This document shows positions 1 to 14,492 of a stretch of 64,000 bases of DNA, in pieces. Origin of the DNA: the human T2T-CHM13v2.0 reference genome, Homo sapiens; assembly GCF_009914755.1 (NCBI RefSeq), contig NC_060941.1. One strand, 5' to 3'. The notes under the pieces are model-generated. The model was given only the letters and a program-made list of their open reading frames with translations, had not been told where the DNA came from and searched no databases. Every line of letters begins with the position of its first letter. Position 1 is the first letter of the stretch. A program made the position numbers and the translations under genes.

Positions 1-385
1 AGGGCAGTCACAGCACAGACCCTGGTGCCAGAAGACACGGGTTCAAACCCTGGCTCCCCACTTCTGAGGTGACTGAAGCCTCTGGGCCTTGGCTTCCCTC
101 CCTGTGAAACAGATCTGATAGCACAACCTATCTTGCTGGGTTGGCATGAGCACTGAATGAAATTGTGCCATAATAGTTGGTGCCGTGCCTGGTACACAGA
201 TGCTTTGTAAACACTGGGTAAAAATAAGAGCCTGACATTCTCTCCTCTGGAACAGAGTCCTGATGAACCACATCCTTCACCCTACAGTCACAAGGGCAAC
301 TGTCTTGTCGTCCCCACGTCTCAGGTTCTCTCACTTTCTCCTGGACAGTGGGGGTCACTGCCAGGCTCTGTTTCTCTGATCCCAC

Positions 386-689
386 TTTCTTTTTTATTTT
401 TTTGAGATGGAGTTTCTGTCACCCAGGCTGGAGTGTAGTGGCGAGATCTCATATCACTGCAACCTCCACCTCCTGGCTTCAAGCGATTCTTGTGCCTCAG
501 CCTCCCGAGTGGCTGGGATTGGGATAACAGGCATGTACCACCATTCCTGTCTAATTATTTTTGTATTTTTAGTAGAGACGGGGTTTTGCCATGTTGGCCA
601 GGATTGTCTCAGACTCCTGACCTCAAGTGATCCACCCGCCACGGCCTCCCAAAGTGCTGAGATTACAGGCGTGAGCCACCACACCCAGC
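386..689 (-). mobile_element. Alu (intron 20)
   Basis: Poly-T followed by reverse Alu consensus. Confidence 0.92.
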
Positions 690-937
690 TCATCCCACTT
701 TCTGACTTTGGCCACTGCATTGAGGGGGATGTTATCATTAGGGAAACTAAGGCCAGGGGGCCATGCCTTATGGGCTGGGACTGTTTCCACAGCTGCTTTC
801 ACATAAGCTTTGGTGGCCCGCCCTCTCAGCAGGAAGGACAGGGATGGCTGTCACCGGCAGGCCCAGGCTCAGCCCCTCAGCCAGGTGGGGCGGCCAGAGG
901 GTGCCAGGCAGCACTGGCTTTCTAGCCCGGGACTCAC

Positions 938-1119
938 CACTCTCATCCAGGGCCTCCAGGCGCACTGTCTGGTGGGGTGTGGGGCCATCCACCACTCGCT
1001 CCAGGATGCCTTGGACCAGGGCCGGCTGGTTGCCTGGGCAAACCCCAAGGTGCTCCCCCGGCAGGTAGTTCAGGCCTTGGCCATCCTCACAGGAGAGTTC
1101 CACCAGGATGGTGGCACGG
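938..1119 (-). CDS. NOS2: NOS2 exon 20 (182 nt), FAD/connecting domain
   Basis: [30 protein letters not shown]...LEALDES; cag|CCGT...GTG|gtgagt. Confidence 0.97.
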
Positions 1120-1912
1120 CTGGGGAAGGAAAATGAAGCCTCAGGTGACATTGCAGGATTTCCTCCAGGGCTCCTTGATGGGCAGGCGAGATTCCCCAGG
1201 AAATGTGCCCTCCTTTCATTTTCCTGGCTGGTTCCACAAGCTAGGCCACCACCCTGAGCTTGGGATGAGGCATCCCCACAGGCAGGGGTGCTTAAGAGGG
1301 CCCCAGGAGCTTCCCTCTGGGGAGGAGGGGGGCCCACCCCTTCCCAGCAGCCCTTGGAGCTCCCCGAGGGCTTGGCTACAGCCTCTGCCTAAAGAAAGCA
1401 TCCGCCTTGGACATACATGGATATCAGAAGAAACCTTTCCTTGTTGCCAGGACAAACCCTGTTCTTATTAGAACCAAGGCCAGTTTTCCTAATGCATGCG
1501 GGGAGGACAGCACAGATCAATGAAACCTGCAGATAATCCACAAGGCTCTTTCCCAGAGCTGGGAAATTTCCTTCCCTGCCAACACTTTTCCTGAAAGTTC
1601 TTAAGAATGAATCAAACAGTTTAAGTCTCTCTTGCACTCTCCTTTTAGTGAAAGAGTTCAATGAGGAAGGAGAGGAAGTGGAGCAGATGCTTAGAGTCCA
1701 AGCTGGAAAAGTGGCTCGTGGTTAACCAAGAGTAGACGTAAAAGCACAGGTGGCCGCAGGTTACCAGGTGGGCCGGTCCTACCGACAGTGTGGCTGCTAA
1801 TGCCAGCATATGCTCTTCTCCTCTCCCTTCAAAGACTGACTTCTTCTGATCTTTCATTCGTTAAAATAAAATCGACAGAGTATCACCCACGAAGCCCTGC
1901 ACTTTCCCTTAC

Positions 1913-1991
1913 CTGGATGTCGGACTTTGTAGATTCTGCCGAGATTTGAGCCTCATGGTGAACACGTTCTTGGCATGCATGCTGCTGAGGG
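1913..1991 (-). CDS. NOS2: NOS2 exon 19 (79 nt)
   Basis: [27 protein letters not shown]; cacag|...CAG|gtaagg. Confidence 0.97.
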
Positions 1992-2167
1992 CTGTGGAGG
2001 ACACAGAGACGGTGAAATGGCAAAGTGGTTCTTGAGCGTAGGTAGGGGAAGCCCCCAGATGTCTGAGTCAGTGACATCTGAACACCACCCTTGGGGCATC
2101 CTGCTGAGGTGGCCGTTGGGTTTTTCTTTTTCTTCCTTTTATTCCACAAATAAAGATCCTTGGTCCA

Positions 2168-2428
2168 GACCGGGCATGGTGGCTCATGCCTGTAATCCCA
2201 GCACTTTTGGAGGCCGCGGTGGGTGGATTACTGGAGGTCAGGAGTTTGAGACCAGACTGGCCAACATACTGAAACCAGGCATGGTGGTAGTGCCAATAGT
2301 CCCAGCTACACGAGAATCACTTGAAGCCAGGAGACGGAGGTTGCAGTAAGCGGGAATCGCGCCACTGCACTCCAGCCTGGACGACAGACCGAGACTCCGT
2401 CTCAAAAAAAAAAAAAAAAAAAAAAAAA
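2168..2428 (+). mobile_element. Alu with internal deletions (intron 18)
   Basis: Alu consensus lacking the central A-linker; poly-A tail. Confidence 0.92.
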
Positions 2429-3108
2429 GCTCCTTGATCTGATACAGGGCAGCTTCTAAGTGTTGCTTCTAGGTGTTGGGAAATTCAATTTAGGAACCTA
2501 AAAATGGAAAGTCCCGGGACATCTCCATGGCTTGGGATCCACAGGAGAGCATTGTTGACATTGGGGATATCTTAAATATGCAGAAACCTTCAGGACTATC
2601 TTAGACAGGGCACAGGGCACAGCACCTGGGGGTGCAGAGTGGAGAGTTCACCACTAAAGCCTGGAATCGCCTCTGTGACACCTTCTCTACGACACTTGGC
2701 TGCCTTCGCAGCTGGAAGGCTGGGGCTCAGACCCCAACATGGCCACAGGCTAGCAGCTTGCTTCACCTCCTTGAACTGCAATTTCTCCATCTGTGCCTTT
2801 CTCCCAGGAGGAGTGTCCAGGCTCACTTAGCCCATGTGGGCCAGGAGCCCCGCACAGTGTCTGACACACAGTAGGCCCTTGGCGGATGCTGATCCCTTCT
2901 GTCTCCACCACCCTCCTGGGGCTCCCTCCTGAAACAGCCTCCCTCAGCACCTTGAGTATTATGCCCTAACAGGCTCTTGCATGCAGTGAGAGGGAGGCCC
3001 CGAGGCCAGCTGTCTCTGTTCAGAAAGACCTGGGGGTCTCCTTGACCATGGGCTTAGGGCTCAGACCCCAACACAAACAAGCCCCATGTGCTGCAGAGAA
3101 GCAGGTAC

Positions 3109-3241
3109 CTTTGCTGAGGTCCAAAGGCTGTGAGTCCTGCACGAGCCTGTAGTGGTGCGGGTCCCAGGTCACATTGGAGGTGTAGAGCTTGGGGATCTGA
3201 ATGTGCTGTTTGCCTCGGACATCAAACGTCTCACAGGCTGC
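3109..3241 (-). CDS. NOS2: NOS2 exon 18 (133 nt)
   Basis: [44 protein letters not shown]; GT-AG boundaries. Confidence 0.97.
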
Positions 3242-3450
3242 CTGGAAGAAGGTGGAGCAGACTGCGGTTAATGGTCAGCAGCAGCAGCATCCCCACCACT
3301 GGGGCTACCACTTTTTAGGCCCTTACCATGGGCCAAACACTGAGCCGTGTGTTTCGTGTAACTTCGAAGCACACTTACCTGATAGGGTGACAGCAAGGAC
3401 TCAAAGAGGTGTCTGGGCTTGGCACATAGTAGCTATTGCTACTATTATAA

Positions 3451-3752
<302 letters not shown>

Positions 3753-4378
3753 ATTATGAATGCCAATATTGACATGATCTTGTTGTATCCTCATGCCCAC
3801 ACTGGAAGAGGTCTGATTGCTCTTATGTTCCTGGTGTGGAGCCACATGGAGGAGGCCTGGGCTTTGGAACCAAGCCTGCCCCGATGCAAGCTGATGCTCC
3901 TAAGCACCACCGCTGAGTGACGCTCTGCATGAGTGACAAGTTCCCTAAATGACTGGGGCAATCACAGCAATAAAGAGCTATGGAGATACTGAGTGGATCC
4001 AAAGTGGATCCGCCATTGTGTGGTGCCTGTCCCCAGGCTCTCTATGGCTGTGAGACTGAAACAGACACAGTAGTTAAGAGGTGACCTAGGTAGTCACTGG
4101 AGGAAAGACCTTAAACTAGAAGCTCCCTAAGGGCAGGGGGGTATCTGTGCCACCTTCTCCCCCAGAGTTGTGTGCACAAGGTGGAGCTCTTCTAGGGGGC
4201 TGAGGGAGAGCAGCAGTGACCTAAGCCCTCAGGTTTGTGGCCCTGGCCCATGCCTGGGACCACATCTACAGGACCACAGGCAGAGGTCATGCCACCTGGG
4301 ACGCCCAGCACAGATGTCCTAGGCATGAATGCACCCTGTCATGTCCCTGCTGTGGGGCAGCTCTGGCTGGGAACTGAC

Positions 4379-4553
4379 CTTGAAGGTTTGCACGGCCCAG
4401 CTGCGGAAGGCGTCCTCCTGCCCACTGAGCTCATCCCCTTCTCCCATCGGGGTGAGCTGAGAGGCCCCCAGGTGGGACAGCTTCTGATCAATGTCATGAG
4501 CAAAGGCGCAGAACCGAGGGTACATGCTGGAGCCGAGGCCAAACACAGCGTAC
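4379..4553 (-). CDS. NOS2: NOS2 exon 17 (175 nt), FMN-binding domain
   Basis: [25 protein letters not shown]...[10 protein letters not shown], flavodoxin-like motif. Confidence 0.97.
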
Positions 4554-4936
4554 CTGCCCGAGGACACACACAGAGACACATGTCCCATGCAAGCAGCACC
4601 TGGCACCCAGCACCCAGCACCAACAGCCTGGAGAGCCAGCCCCAGACTCTCCCCCTCCAGCTGGAGAATGGAGCTGGACCCCCTTCTGGTCCTCTCCATC
4701 CCCCAGCCTTGTCACCAACTCCCATGACCACCCCATGCTTGGCCTGCAGACCTGTGAGAGGGACTTGGTTTCTGTGGTTTGACCCTCGACACATTCTGAG
4801 TACAGACCTTAGACCCAGGTCTCTGTGCCTGCACGGTTCTGAGAAGACACCCTGTGCACACCCAGTTCCATCCCCTGAACCCAGACTTTGGGTCCACAGG
4901 GCAGGGCTAGGAGTAGGACAACGGAAAAAGCTTTAC

Positions 4937-4986
4937 CTGAATTTGTTGTTGAGCTCTTTCAGCATGAAGAGCAATTTCTTCAGTTT
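4937..4986 (-). CDS. NOS2: NOS2 exon 16 (50 nt), carrying Leu608 (TTG)
   Basis: KLKKLLFMLKELNNKFR; ctag|AAA...CAG|gtaaag. Confidence 0.96.
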
Positions 4987-5600
4987 CTAGAAAGAGAGGG
5001 AATGACAGAGTTCTCAAGCCAGGATGAATAAAAACACTGTTTTTTCCTTTCTTCTGGAAACCTGGCCACAGCTTGCAGGAGAAGGCTCACAGCCCACCAC
5101 GGAAGTTGGTTTACATATGGGGCTACCTGGCCAAGGACCTGGTTGTCAGCTGACAAGTTTAGCTTGTCTCTCACTCCAACTAAACTGTAGCAACTTGTGT
5201 AGGCCCTGCCTCTTAATGGGGGACCTGGAACAGCTGGGCCCCCACCCATCCAGCCCTGGCAGAGGGGCCTGCCTGGTAGCATGCCTTCTCCAGAGGGGCT
5301 CCGAATGCGCCGTGATTCTGTTTGGAACCCGGTAGAAGCAACAACAATTGGTCCTACAGTCTCTGAAATAAGGCTGGCTTTCCAGGAAGCCAAGATGATT
5401 CCAGGAGGTATGTGACCCAGCAGAACTAGCGTCAAATCCCATGGTGAGTATTTACTCCCTTTTCATAATTTATTTTTTAGTTATTCCCCTTCAATTACAT
5501 TTTCATCCTTCGGAGCACTGGAGAGACAGTCTCATATTGGTGCTAATAGACCTTTAATACCTCTCTCATTGCCTATTAGTCTTTTTTAAAAACAAAGATA

Positions 5601-5979
<379 letters not shown>

Positions 5980-6314
5980 CTAGCTAAAATTCATTAACTT
6001 CATTTTGTTTTCATTGAATTTATGTTTTGCTGCTTTCCATTTGTGAGAGTGATACAAGTTTCCTTTAAATATGAATTTGTAAATACAAACAGGTAGGCCA
6101 TTCACAGAAATATATTAAATATGTCATAGGAAAGGTGGCACTCCCATATGGCAATAATTACAATGGAGGCCGGCAAATGACCTGAGTGACCCGGAGTGGC
6201 CTGAGCACTGACTCCCAAATGTCCTCCGTAGGACCTGCCGCATCCCCCAGACCCTTTCCTGGGTCCTCCCGTGCCCTACCACCCCCTAGACCAGCCAGAC
6301 CTCAAGCCACCCAC

Positions 6315-6419
6315 CTCTCCATTGCCAGGGCAGTCTCCATTGCCAAACGTACTGGTCACCACCAACAGCAGCCGTTCCTCCTCCAGGCAGCTCAGCCTGT
6401 ACTTATCCATGCAGACAAC
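6315..6419 (-). CDS. NOS2: NOS2 exon 15 (105 nt), FMN domain
   Basis: [35 protein letters not shown]. Confidence 0.97.
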
Positions 6420-7709
6420 CTGGATGGCACCCAAGTGGACATCAGCCCTCGGCTCCCAGTAGGGCCCTCCCTACCCTGCGCAGACACCCTGGGCTTCCTC
6501 CCACACTGCCCCCAGGCTGCGGCTCCTGTGCTCATCTGTCTCTCCCAGGGCCCGGCACAGGCGTGGCACAGAGGACGTGAATGAACCAATTTGAACACAT
6601 CATCCTCTGTTCTCCTTCCCCGCTTAAGCCCTATGGTTAACACATTGGCAAGCCCTGGAAGATCTGTCCCAAAAATACTGCCTTTCCCATGTCTAAATGC
6701 CTCTCACCATGTCCACTACTATTTGCAATTTTGTGTGTGTGGAAATATTTCCACAAAATTGGAATGAGCAGGTCACAGCTGTGCCTGGAGGGAATGGCCG
6801 GGGAAATGTGCCCTCATCTTGCTGTTCTATCCAGGCCCACCCAGCGGAGGATGGGGGACCTGCCACCACTCTCCTGGCAGTTCCAGACTCCTGGGAGCCA
6901 GCAGGTGAGGCTTGGACCCAAGAGGTGTTTTCAGCAACCTGGCCGACCTGGTCATCAGTCAGTGCCCCCTTGGCCTAAGCCTCTACGTGGCACAGACCAC
7001 AGCTCATCCCATCGTGGCATTACACTGGCCTGTGCCCTGTCCTCAGAGTCACATCCATCTCCCAGAAGCCGTGCGACCCTGGAAAACCCATCAACCTGTC
7101 TAACAGTCAGGTTCCTCCTCTGTGCATTAACAATGGCATTGACGCCTGCTTTGCAGAGCGCTGGGAGGGGAGGGTGGGGTGTATGCTGGAGAGCTCCCCA
7201 AGGGCAAGGCCTGGCTCTGCGCCACCCACTGTCAGATCCTCAGAGCCCGGGGCTGGTCCAGCACGTGGCCACCATTCCCTAAGAGTTGGATTTTATCCAT
7301 CAGTGCTGAAGGCAGGGGATAGAGCTTAGACAGACCCTCTGCGGCCTTTTTTTGTTTATCTGAAGCTTACTCATCTCTTCCCCCTTTCACATGCAGCACT
7401 GCATCCTGCAGAGCAGGTGTTCAGTGAGCCTGAATAAAGTTCAGCCAGAGCAGCTGATGTATGTTGAGGCCTGGATTCATTGTGAAAGTGTTTCTCAAAC
7501 TGTGTTCTCCAGAACACCATGAAAAACTCATCTACTGTGTAAGTTTGGGAATCCCTGCACACAAGTCTTTCCTTCTCTTCCAGATTAATGATGCACATTA
7601 CCACATCCAAGACTCTGAGACATCCAGGAGTGGGGAAACCGTTTTAACTTTTCCTAGACTCCCCTGCACACAAGCAGAAAAAACAACAGCCATCCCACTG
7701 AGCCAGTAC

Positions 7710-7854
7710 CTTGGGGTTGAAGGCACAGCTGAATAAGGCCCCCAGGTCCCAGGCCAGCGCCTCTGATTTTCCTGTCTCTGTCGCAAAGAGGATGGTGACT
7801 CTGACTCGGGACGCCATTGTCTTGCGCATCAGCATACAGGCAAAGAGCACAGCT
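7710..7854 (-). CDS. NOS2: NOS2 exon 14 (145 nt), end of CaM-binding helix and start of FMN domain
   Basis: [48 protein letters not shown]. Confidence 0.97.
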
Positions 7855-8154
7855 CTGTGGGGACAGACAGACAGGCAGGCGCTGTGTGCTGAGTCAGCCT
7901 TCCAGAAGAAAATGGGGGACCAGGGGAATGGGAGGGGACAGCGTTTAATGTGGGGCAGGTTGAGGGAAAAGCAAGCTACGTTTCTCACCAGCCATGTACC
8001 GTGACAACTCACCCTTTTCCTCCCCTCACCCACTACTATAGGCCCCTTTGGGAAAAGGGAGGAGAGAGAAGGTTGGAACAATGGCAGCAGGGGACCCTTG
8101 GAATTGGCGACTGGACCTCTGGGAGCCAAATTCCACGAAGAATATACATTCCCA

Positions 8155-8452
8155 GGCTGGGTGCCGTGGCTCACATCTGTAATCCCAGCACTTTGGGAGG
8201 CTGAGCAGGAAGATCGCTTGAGCCCAGGAGTTCAAGACCAACCTGGGCAACACTGCGAGACCCCGTCTCTACAAAAAAAACAAACAAAATTAGTCAGGCG
8301 TGGGTTTGTACCTGTGGTCCCAGCTACTTGGGAGGCTCAGGTGGGAGGATCACTTGAGCTCGGGAAGCAGAGGCTGCAGTGAGCTGTGATGGCACCACTA
8401 CACCCCAGCCTGGGTGACAGAGTAAGACCCTGTCTCAAAAACAAAAGCAAAA
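8155..8452 (+). mobile_element. AluJ-like (intron 13)
   Basis: Alu consensus. Confidence 0.92.
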
Positions 8453-8562
8453 AGCATAACCATTCCTTGTGTTCTTGCCCTTCAAGGACTGGAGGCAGAG
8501 GCTGACTAGAAGGGAGAGATATAGTTCACACATCACTACTAGCCACTGCCACTGCCACTCAC

Positions 8563-8645
8563 TTGACCAAGACTTTCAATGGAATCTCTCTTCTCTTGGG
8601 TCTCCGCTTCTCGTCCTGCCAGACATGGGTTTTCCAGGCCTCTAC
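8563..8645 (-). CDS. NOS2: NOS2 exon 13 (83 nt), calmodulin-binding region
   Basis: [28 protein letters not shown]. Confidence 0.97.
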
Positions 8646-9658
8646 CTTCAGAAAAGAAAGGAGATGTGAGGGCAGGGCGGGGTCCTGGCTTGGCTCGGCT
8701 CGCGGATGCTGGAGTGGTAGAGGACCCTTCACACCCATCATGAGCCTGGGAGAGAAGGCTGGCCTGCGCCCCACCCCTGTCACTGAACTCCCACAAGGGA
8801 GGGCCGTGGCTGCCTCTCCCCCAGAGTTGCCTCTCCACTGCCCGGCATGGAGCCTGCACATCGAGGGGGGGCGGCTAACCCTTATTCTCATTAGTGTCCT
8901 CCTGGAAGGAACAGGCTGCACTCCTTTTGCTTTTAGCATCTTATCAGCAGGCAGATGACATAATGTACAGTCCCAACCGAGACACCTTTGAGAGCAAGAA
9001 GAGCTGCTACTACAACAGGCAAGACTCCAGGACATGCCGTCACCCTGCATGTGAGGTCCTGTAGATGGAGGAAGCTCTTCCTTTAGATGAAGGAAGCTCT
9101 TAAAATCCAACCCAAGTCCTTTTTGGCACAAAATGAACTCTTCTCAATAGCTCATGGTTACTGAATGCATTCTGCATTGGGCACTGGGCTGAGCTGTTCC
9201 ATACACCAGCTTTGTGATCCACACAACCCCCCGTCGTGGAGTGAAGCCCATCCCTTTTAGAGATGAGAAGATCAGGGCTCAGAAAGGTGAAAGGACCCAC
9301 CCAAGACCCTATTGCTAGGAAGTGGCAGAATCAATAGCGTCTGACTCAGGGGCCAATCCCCTCAACACTCTGCTGAGTGACTGTTGCCGGGCCCTCCCGT
9401 GGAAGCAGGTGTAATGACAGACCCCCCATCTGAGCCACAGGCCACTAGCGGTGCAGTGGAAGCCACTTCCTTCAGTGCCACTCTCCGTGGAAATGCACAA
9501 AGGCTGCTCAGCATCCTTGAGTGGGGCCTGGAAAGCTCTAACAACATACTCCTGCTTCCCGTCGTGCCCTACATGTGTAACAATGAGGTGCACACACACA
9601 CACACACATACAGCCACATCTGAGCCCCCAGGAAGGAGAGAAGAGGAAGGCCCCTAAC

Positions 9659-9853
9659 CTGATAGTAGTAGAAAGGGGACAGGACGTAGTTCAGCATCTC
9701 CTGGTGAAACACGGGGGTGATGCTCCCAGACATGGGAGGGACCAGCCAAATCCAGTCTGCCGGGCAGCCCCCACGGGACCGGTATTCATTCTGCATGTAC
9801 TTCATGAAGGATTCTGCAGCCGAGTGGTGGTCCATGATGGTCACATTCTGCTT
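9659..9853 (-). CDS. NOS2: NOS2 exon 12 (195 nt), oxygenase domain C-terminal part
   Basis: [44 protein letters not shown]...FYYYQ. Confidence 0.97.
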
Positions 9854-10578
9854 CTGTATCAGAAGGCAAGATAGGGAGTGGAGATAAGGGTGGGGGAATC
9901 AGGAGAGGGGCCGGTTGGCCGCAGGGCTCCCAGAGAGTGCCTGGGAAGGCCTGGCAATCTGTAACACGGGAGAGCAACTCCTGGCCCTCTCCTTGCCTGC
10001 TGAAAATAAACACCCAAATGGAAGGCGCTTGTGGAGCCTCTGACAGAGCCCAAGAAAGCACATTAGTCAGGGTCAGCCCACAGGTCCCATGGGGGCCTCC
10101 CTTAAGTCTTTGAGGGCAATATCCAGCCTCTCATGCCCACAGGTCTCCCCAGACTCCCAGCAAATGGCTCTCTCTGGATCTGCATAACTTAAACCACAGC
10201 ACCTTTTGGCAGGTAAAGGAAATACCATCCCAGCCATTTATGGTGGAGAGTTCTAAGAGTCACTTCCATGGGGTTGTAGCCTCCTCAGCCAAGAAGGAGC
10301 CAGACCCCTCCGTGGGGAGGTCTGAAGCATTGGGAGAACTGTAGTGTATGGGAGACGAATCACTCACAGTCTGAAATTACGGGCTGTGGGGTCTGACCCC
10401 ATGGAATGGTCCAGCAAGGCAGCCACTGGCCTCTATGTCTGTGGCAACCCATTCAGTCAAGAGACATTTGTTTAACACAGTGGTTCAAACTCTGGCTTTT
10501 TATTTGCCATGTGACCTTGAGCAATTAGTTCTTTAAGTTTTCTCATCTGTGAAATGGGAGTGATATGAATTCCTATAA

Positions 10579-11195
10579 TGGCCAGGTGCAGTGGCTCATG
10601 CCTGTAATCCTAGCACTTTGGGAGGCCGAGGTGGGAGGACTGCTTGAGCCCAGGAGTTTGAAATCAGCCTAGGAAACATGGTGAGACCCTGTCTCTATAA
10701 AAATTTAAAAATTAGTAGGCCAGCTGTCGGGGCTTACACCTATAATCCCAGCACTTTGGGAGGGCGAGACGGGGAGATCACCTGAGGTCGGGAGTTTGAG
10801 ACCAGCCTGACCAACATGGTGAAACCCCGTCTCTACTAAAAAATATAATAATTAGCCAGGCATGGTGGAGGCACACACCTGTAATCCCAGCTACTCAGAA
10901 GGCTAAAGAAGGACAATCGCTTGAACCCGGGAGGCGGAGGTTGCAGTGAGCCGAGATCGCACCACTGCACTCGGGCCTGGGTGACAGAGCGAGACTCTGT
11001 CTTAAAAAAAACAAAAACAAAAAAATTTAAAAATTAGCCAGGTTTGGTGGCACATGCCAGTGTTCTCAGATATGTGGGAGGCTGATGTGGTAAGAGCATT
11101 GCTTGAGCCCAGGAGGTCAAGGCTGCAGTGAGCCATGATTGGGCCACTGCACTCCAGTCTGGGTGACAAAACAAGACCTTGTCTCCAAAAAAAAA
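10579..11195 (+). mobile_element. Nested Alus: AluS-like (about 10718-11020) inserted into the linker of an AluJ-like element
   Basis: 17-bp TSD AAAAATTTAAAAATTAG at 10699-10715 and 11021-11037. Confidence 0.9.
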
Positions 11196-11731
11196 GTTCT
11201 TACATCATGAGGTTGTTGAAAGGATGCAATAAGCTGGAATAAGCAAAGCATAGTAAGTGCTTAATAAATATTAGCTGCTCTTATAATCTCCATCTGCCAG
11301 GCACTGCATAAGGCATCGGCGTTATAGAAGGGAAAGACACAGCCCTTTCTCTGCATTAGAGTCTAGTCTAACTGGGTGGGGAAGCCAAGGAAAATCAGTC
11401 ATTTTCACATGGCCTGATAGAAACTCTGATGGAGGCAGGCAAAGGTGCTGGGGAAGGGCAGAGGAGAGGATACAACGCCAGACAGAGGCCCAGGGTGAGT
11501 TGGCGAATTTCGGGAGCAGCTCCTGAGAGGAAGGGAGACTTGTGAGAGGGGTGCAAGTTAGTTGAGTGGGGCACTGCATGAGTCAAGGCAGGGAGGCATG
11601 AGAGGATCCAGCTGGTGTCAGGCCTGGGAAGGCCAGCCATGCCTTGTAAATTCAATAGACATACATAAGTTATATATGTGTATATAAAAGTCCGGCCACC
11701 ACTCTTGTGGACGTGGGCTCTCATTCACTTA

Positions 11732-12188
<457 letters not shown>

Positions 12189-13161
12189 CTAAACATTTTG
12201 CATGCATTTTTACTTAACTCTTATAATCCTCAGATGAGGGAGGCACTATTATCCCCATTTTACAGAGGAGGAAACAAGGGCCCATCTTTTGAAGTTTACC
12301 CTGAAGGAGGGTGGTGAGGAAGTCCTGGAGACGCTCAGGCAGTGGAAGGACACAGTCAGCCATGGTGAGGAGACAGCAGAGGCTCACAGATTTTCTGGGA
12401 CGTATCCACATCCTGCCAGCATCAGGGCTGGTGCTGGGAGTCCCCAGGAGTCAGGATGTGTGGTGCAAAGCCAGCCCTTCCCGAAACACCGGGGGGCTCT
12501 TCCTGTTCCATCTTCCCCTCCCCCGTCAAGCACAGGCCTGATCTGCCTATGGGGTGACCCAGTCATGGGGAACAGTGTGTGCTCATCTGTACTCTGTTCA
12601 CCACTCACATCCTTGGCCCAGCCTAGTGCCCAGCACCAGGCAAATGCTGAGTAAAACATTGCTGAATGAATGAATGACTGACCAGTGGTGGGGTCTCCAG
12701 GGCATCTGTCAGCTTTGTGGCAATGGCTGTGGCTTCTAAAGTAGTATCTTCCTACATCTCAGGCCTCCTTCCCACAGGGAAGGGAAGTGTTTCTATGAGT
12801 AAGAGCAGCGGATGGGCCTGAGGGCTTAGCCCTACACAGGAGCCCAGCGGCTGTGTGTGGGCTTAAGAGGAGGTGGAGGTTGTCATCCTCGCACAGCAAG
12901 CAAGAGCAGCCACAGCTCATAGGTCCCCTCCCAGCATCACTCATTCATGCACACGTCAGACAAGGACTGAAGACCCAGTTTGTGCCAGGCCAGAACGCGG
13001 ATGTGGCCCTCATCATTCATTCTTCAAAGACAAATTATTTTAGCATCTACCATGTGCCAGACACTCTTCTAGGCCAGAGGTGCAGCAGCAAACAGACAGA
13101 CAAGTTCCCTGCCCCATGGAGCTTACATTCTAGTGGGGGAAACCAAACAATAAAGAAAGCT

Positions 13162-13463
13162 GGCCCGGCACCGTGGCTTATGCCTATAATCCCAGTGCTT
13201 TGGGAGGCTGAGGCAAGCGGATCACTTGAGGCCAGGAGTTCGGAACCAACCTGGGCAACATGGAAAAACACCATCTCTACTAAAAATATAAAAATTAGGC
13301 AAGCGTGGTATGCACCTGTAGTCCCAGCTACTCGGCAGGCTAAGGTGGGAGGATCACTTGAGCCCAGGAGGTCAAGGCTGCAGTGATCATGCCACTGCAT
13401 TCCAGCCTGGGTGACCGAGTGAGATGATGTCTCAAAAAAAAAAAAAGGAAAAGAAAGAAGAAA
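13162..13463 (+). mobile_element. AluJ-like, within L2-like sequence
   Basis: Alu consensus. Confidence 0.9.
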
Positions 13464-14088
13464 GTCGATGTCCTATATAATGCCAGGAACTGTATGAGGA
13501 AGTATTTTGAAGAAAAATAAAATGGTTAAAGGACTAACACAGAGAGACAGGTTGGCAGTGGGGTGAGGGCGTCATTTTACATGGCACGGTCAGGGAGGCC
13601 TTCTTTTTTTTTTGAGCGGAGTCTTGCTCTGTCGCCCAGCCAGGCTGAAGCAGTTGGGGGATGAGGAAGCACAATGAGATCTCTCCATAGTTTTGCTGTA
13701 GAAAGGAGCAGAAGGGTGAGGCAGTGGCTGGAGGGAGCCTGAGGTTTGGCAGGAGTTATGTGGTTAGCTATTCATTTCTTTCTTTGAAATGGGGCTAAGA
13801 GAGCCTGTCTGTACACTGCTGGGAATGACTCAGCAGAGAGAGAGACATTGATGATACAGAGAGAGAAGAGGAAAATTTTTGGGAGTAAAGTCCTTGAGCG
13901 ATTGAGAGAGGACAGAATTCAGTGCTCAAGTACAGGGATTGAACAGTCTTGGGAGGTGAGGAGCTGCCTGTTGCTGGACCTCTAGAGTGAGCAAGGGGGC
14001 TTACTTATAAATTAAGCATCACATAAGTCACTGGATCAGTTAAGCTTCTCACCAAAAAGTCTTCAGACTCACAAAACTCCAGACATAC

Positions 14089-14190
14089 CTGGAAACTATG
14101 GAGCACAGCAATGTTGATCTCAACGACAGCCTGGTCTTTCCAGAGCGAGGCCAGCTTGTGCGTTTCCAGGCCCATTCTCCTGCCCACTTC
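14089..14190 (-). CDS. NOS2: NOS2 exon 11 (102 nt)
   Basis: [34 protein letters not shown]. Confidence 0.97.
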
Positions 14191-14280
14191 CTACAGAGGC
14201 AGAGTGATAGCGGCGAGTCGGTCCCTGAAGCCACCCCCAGGCCCACACCTTCATCTGGCCAGCTGGGCTGGCTGGGTTAC

Positions 14281-14455
14281 CTCCAGGATGTTGTAGCGCT
14301 GGACATCACAGAAGTCCCGGACTCCGATCTCTGTGCCCATGTACCAGCCATTGAAGGGGCACCCTGGGAACTCCAGGCCGCCCACCTCAAGCAGCATGTT
14401 GGCCACTGCAGGCAGGGCGTACCACTTTAGCTCCAGTTCCCGAAACCACTCGTAT
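14281..14455 (-). CDS. NOS2: NOS2 exon 10 (175 nt), substrate-binding WYMGTEIG motif
   Basis: [58 protein letters not shown]. Confidence 0.97.
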
Positions 14456-14492
14456 CTGGCAAAAAGGTAGACACAATTTAACTGGGGCCTTC

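Noticed and set aside
407-925. Alu-derived ORFs here and elsewhere (e.g. 12853, 31468, 42211, 51994)
   Set aside because: Translations such as LSPRLECSG and [12 protein letters not shown] are Alu reading-frame artefacts.
4235-4990. 251-aa + strand ORF
   Set aside because: Antisense shadow of NOS2 exons 16-17 and a GC-rich intron; no independent coding signal.
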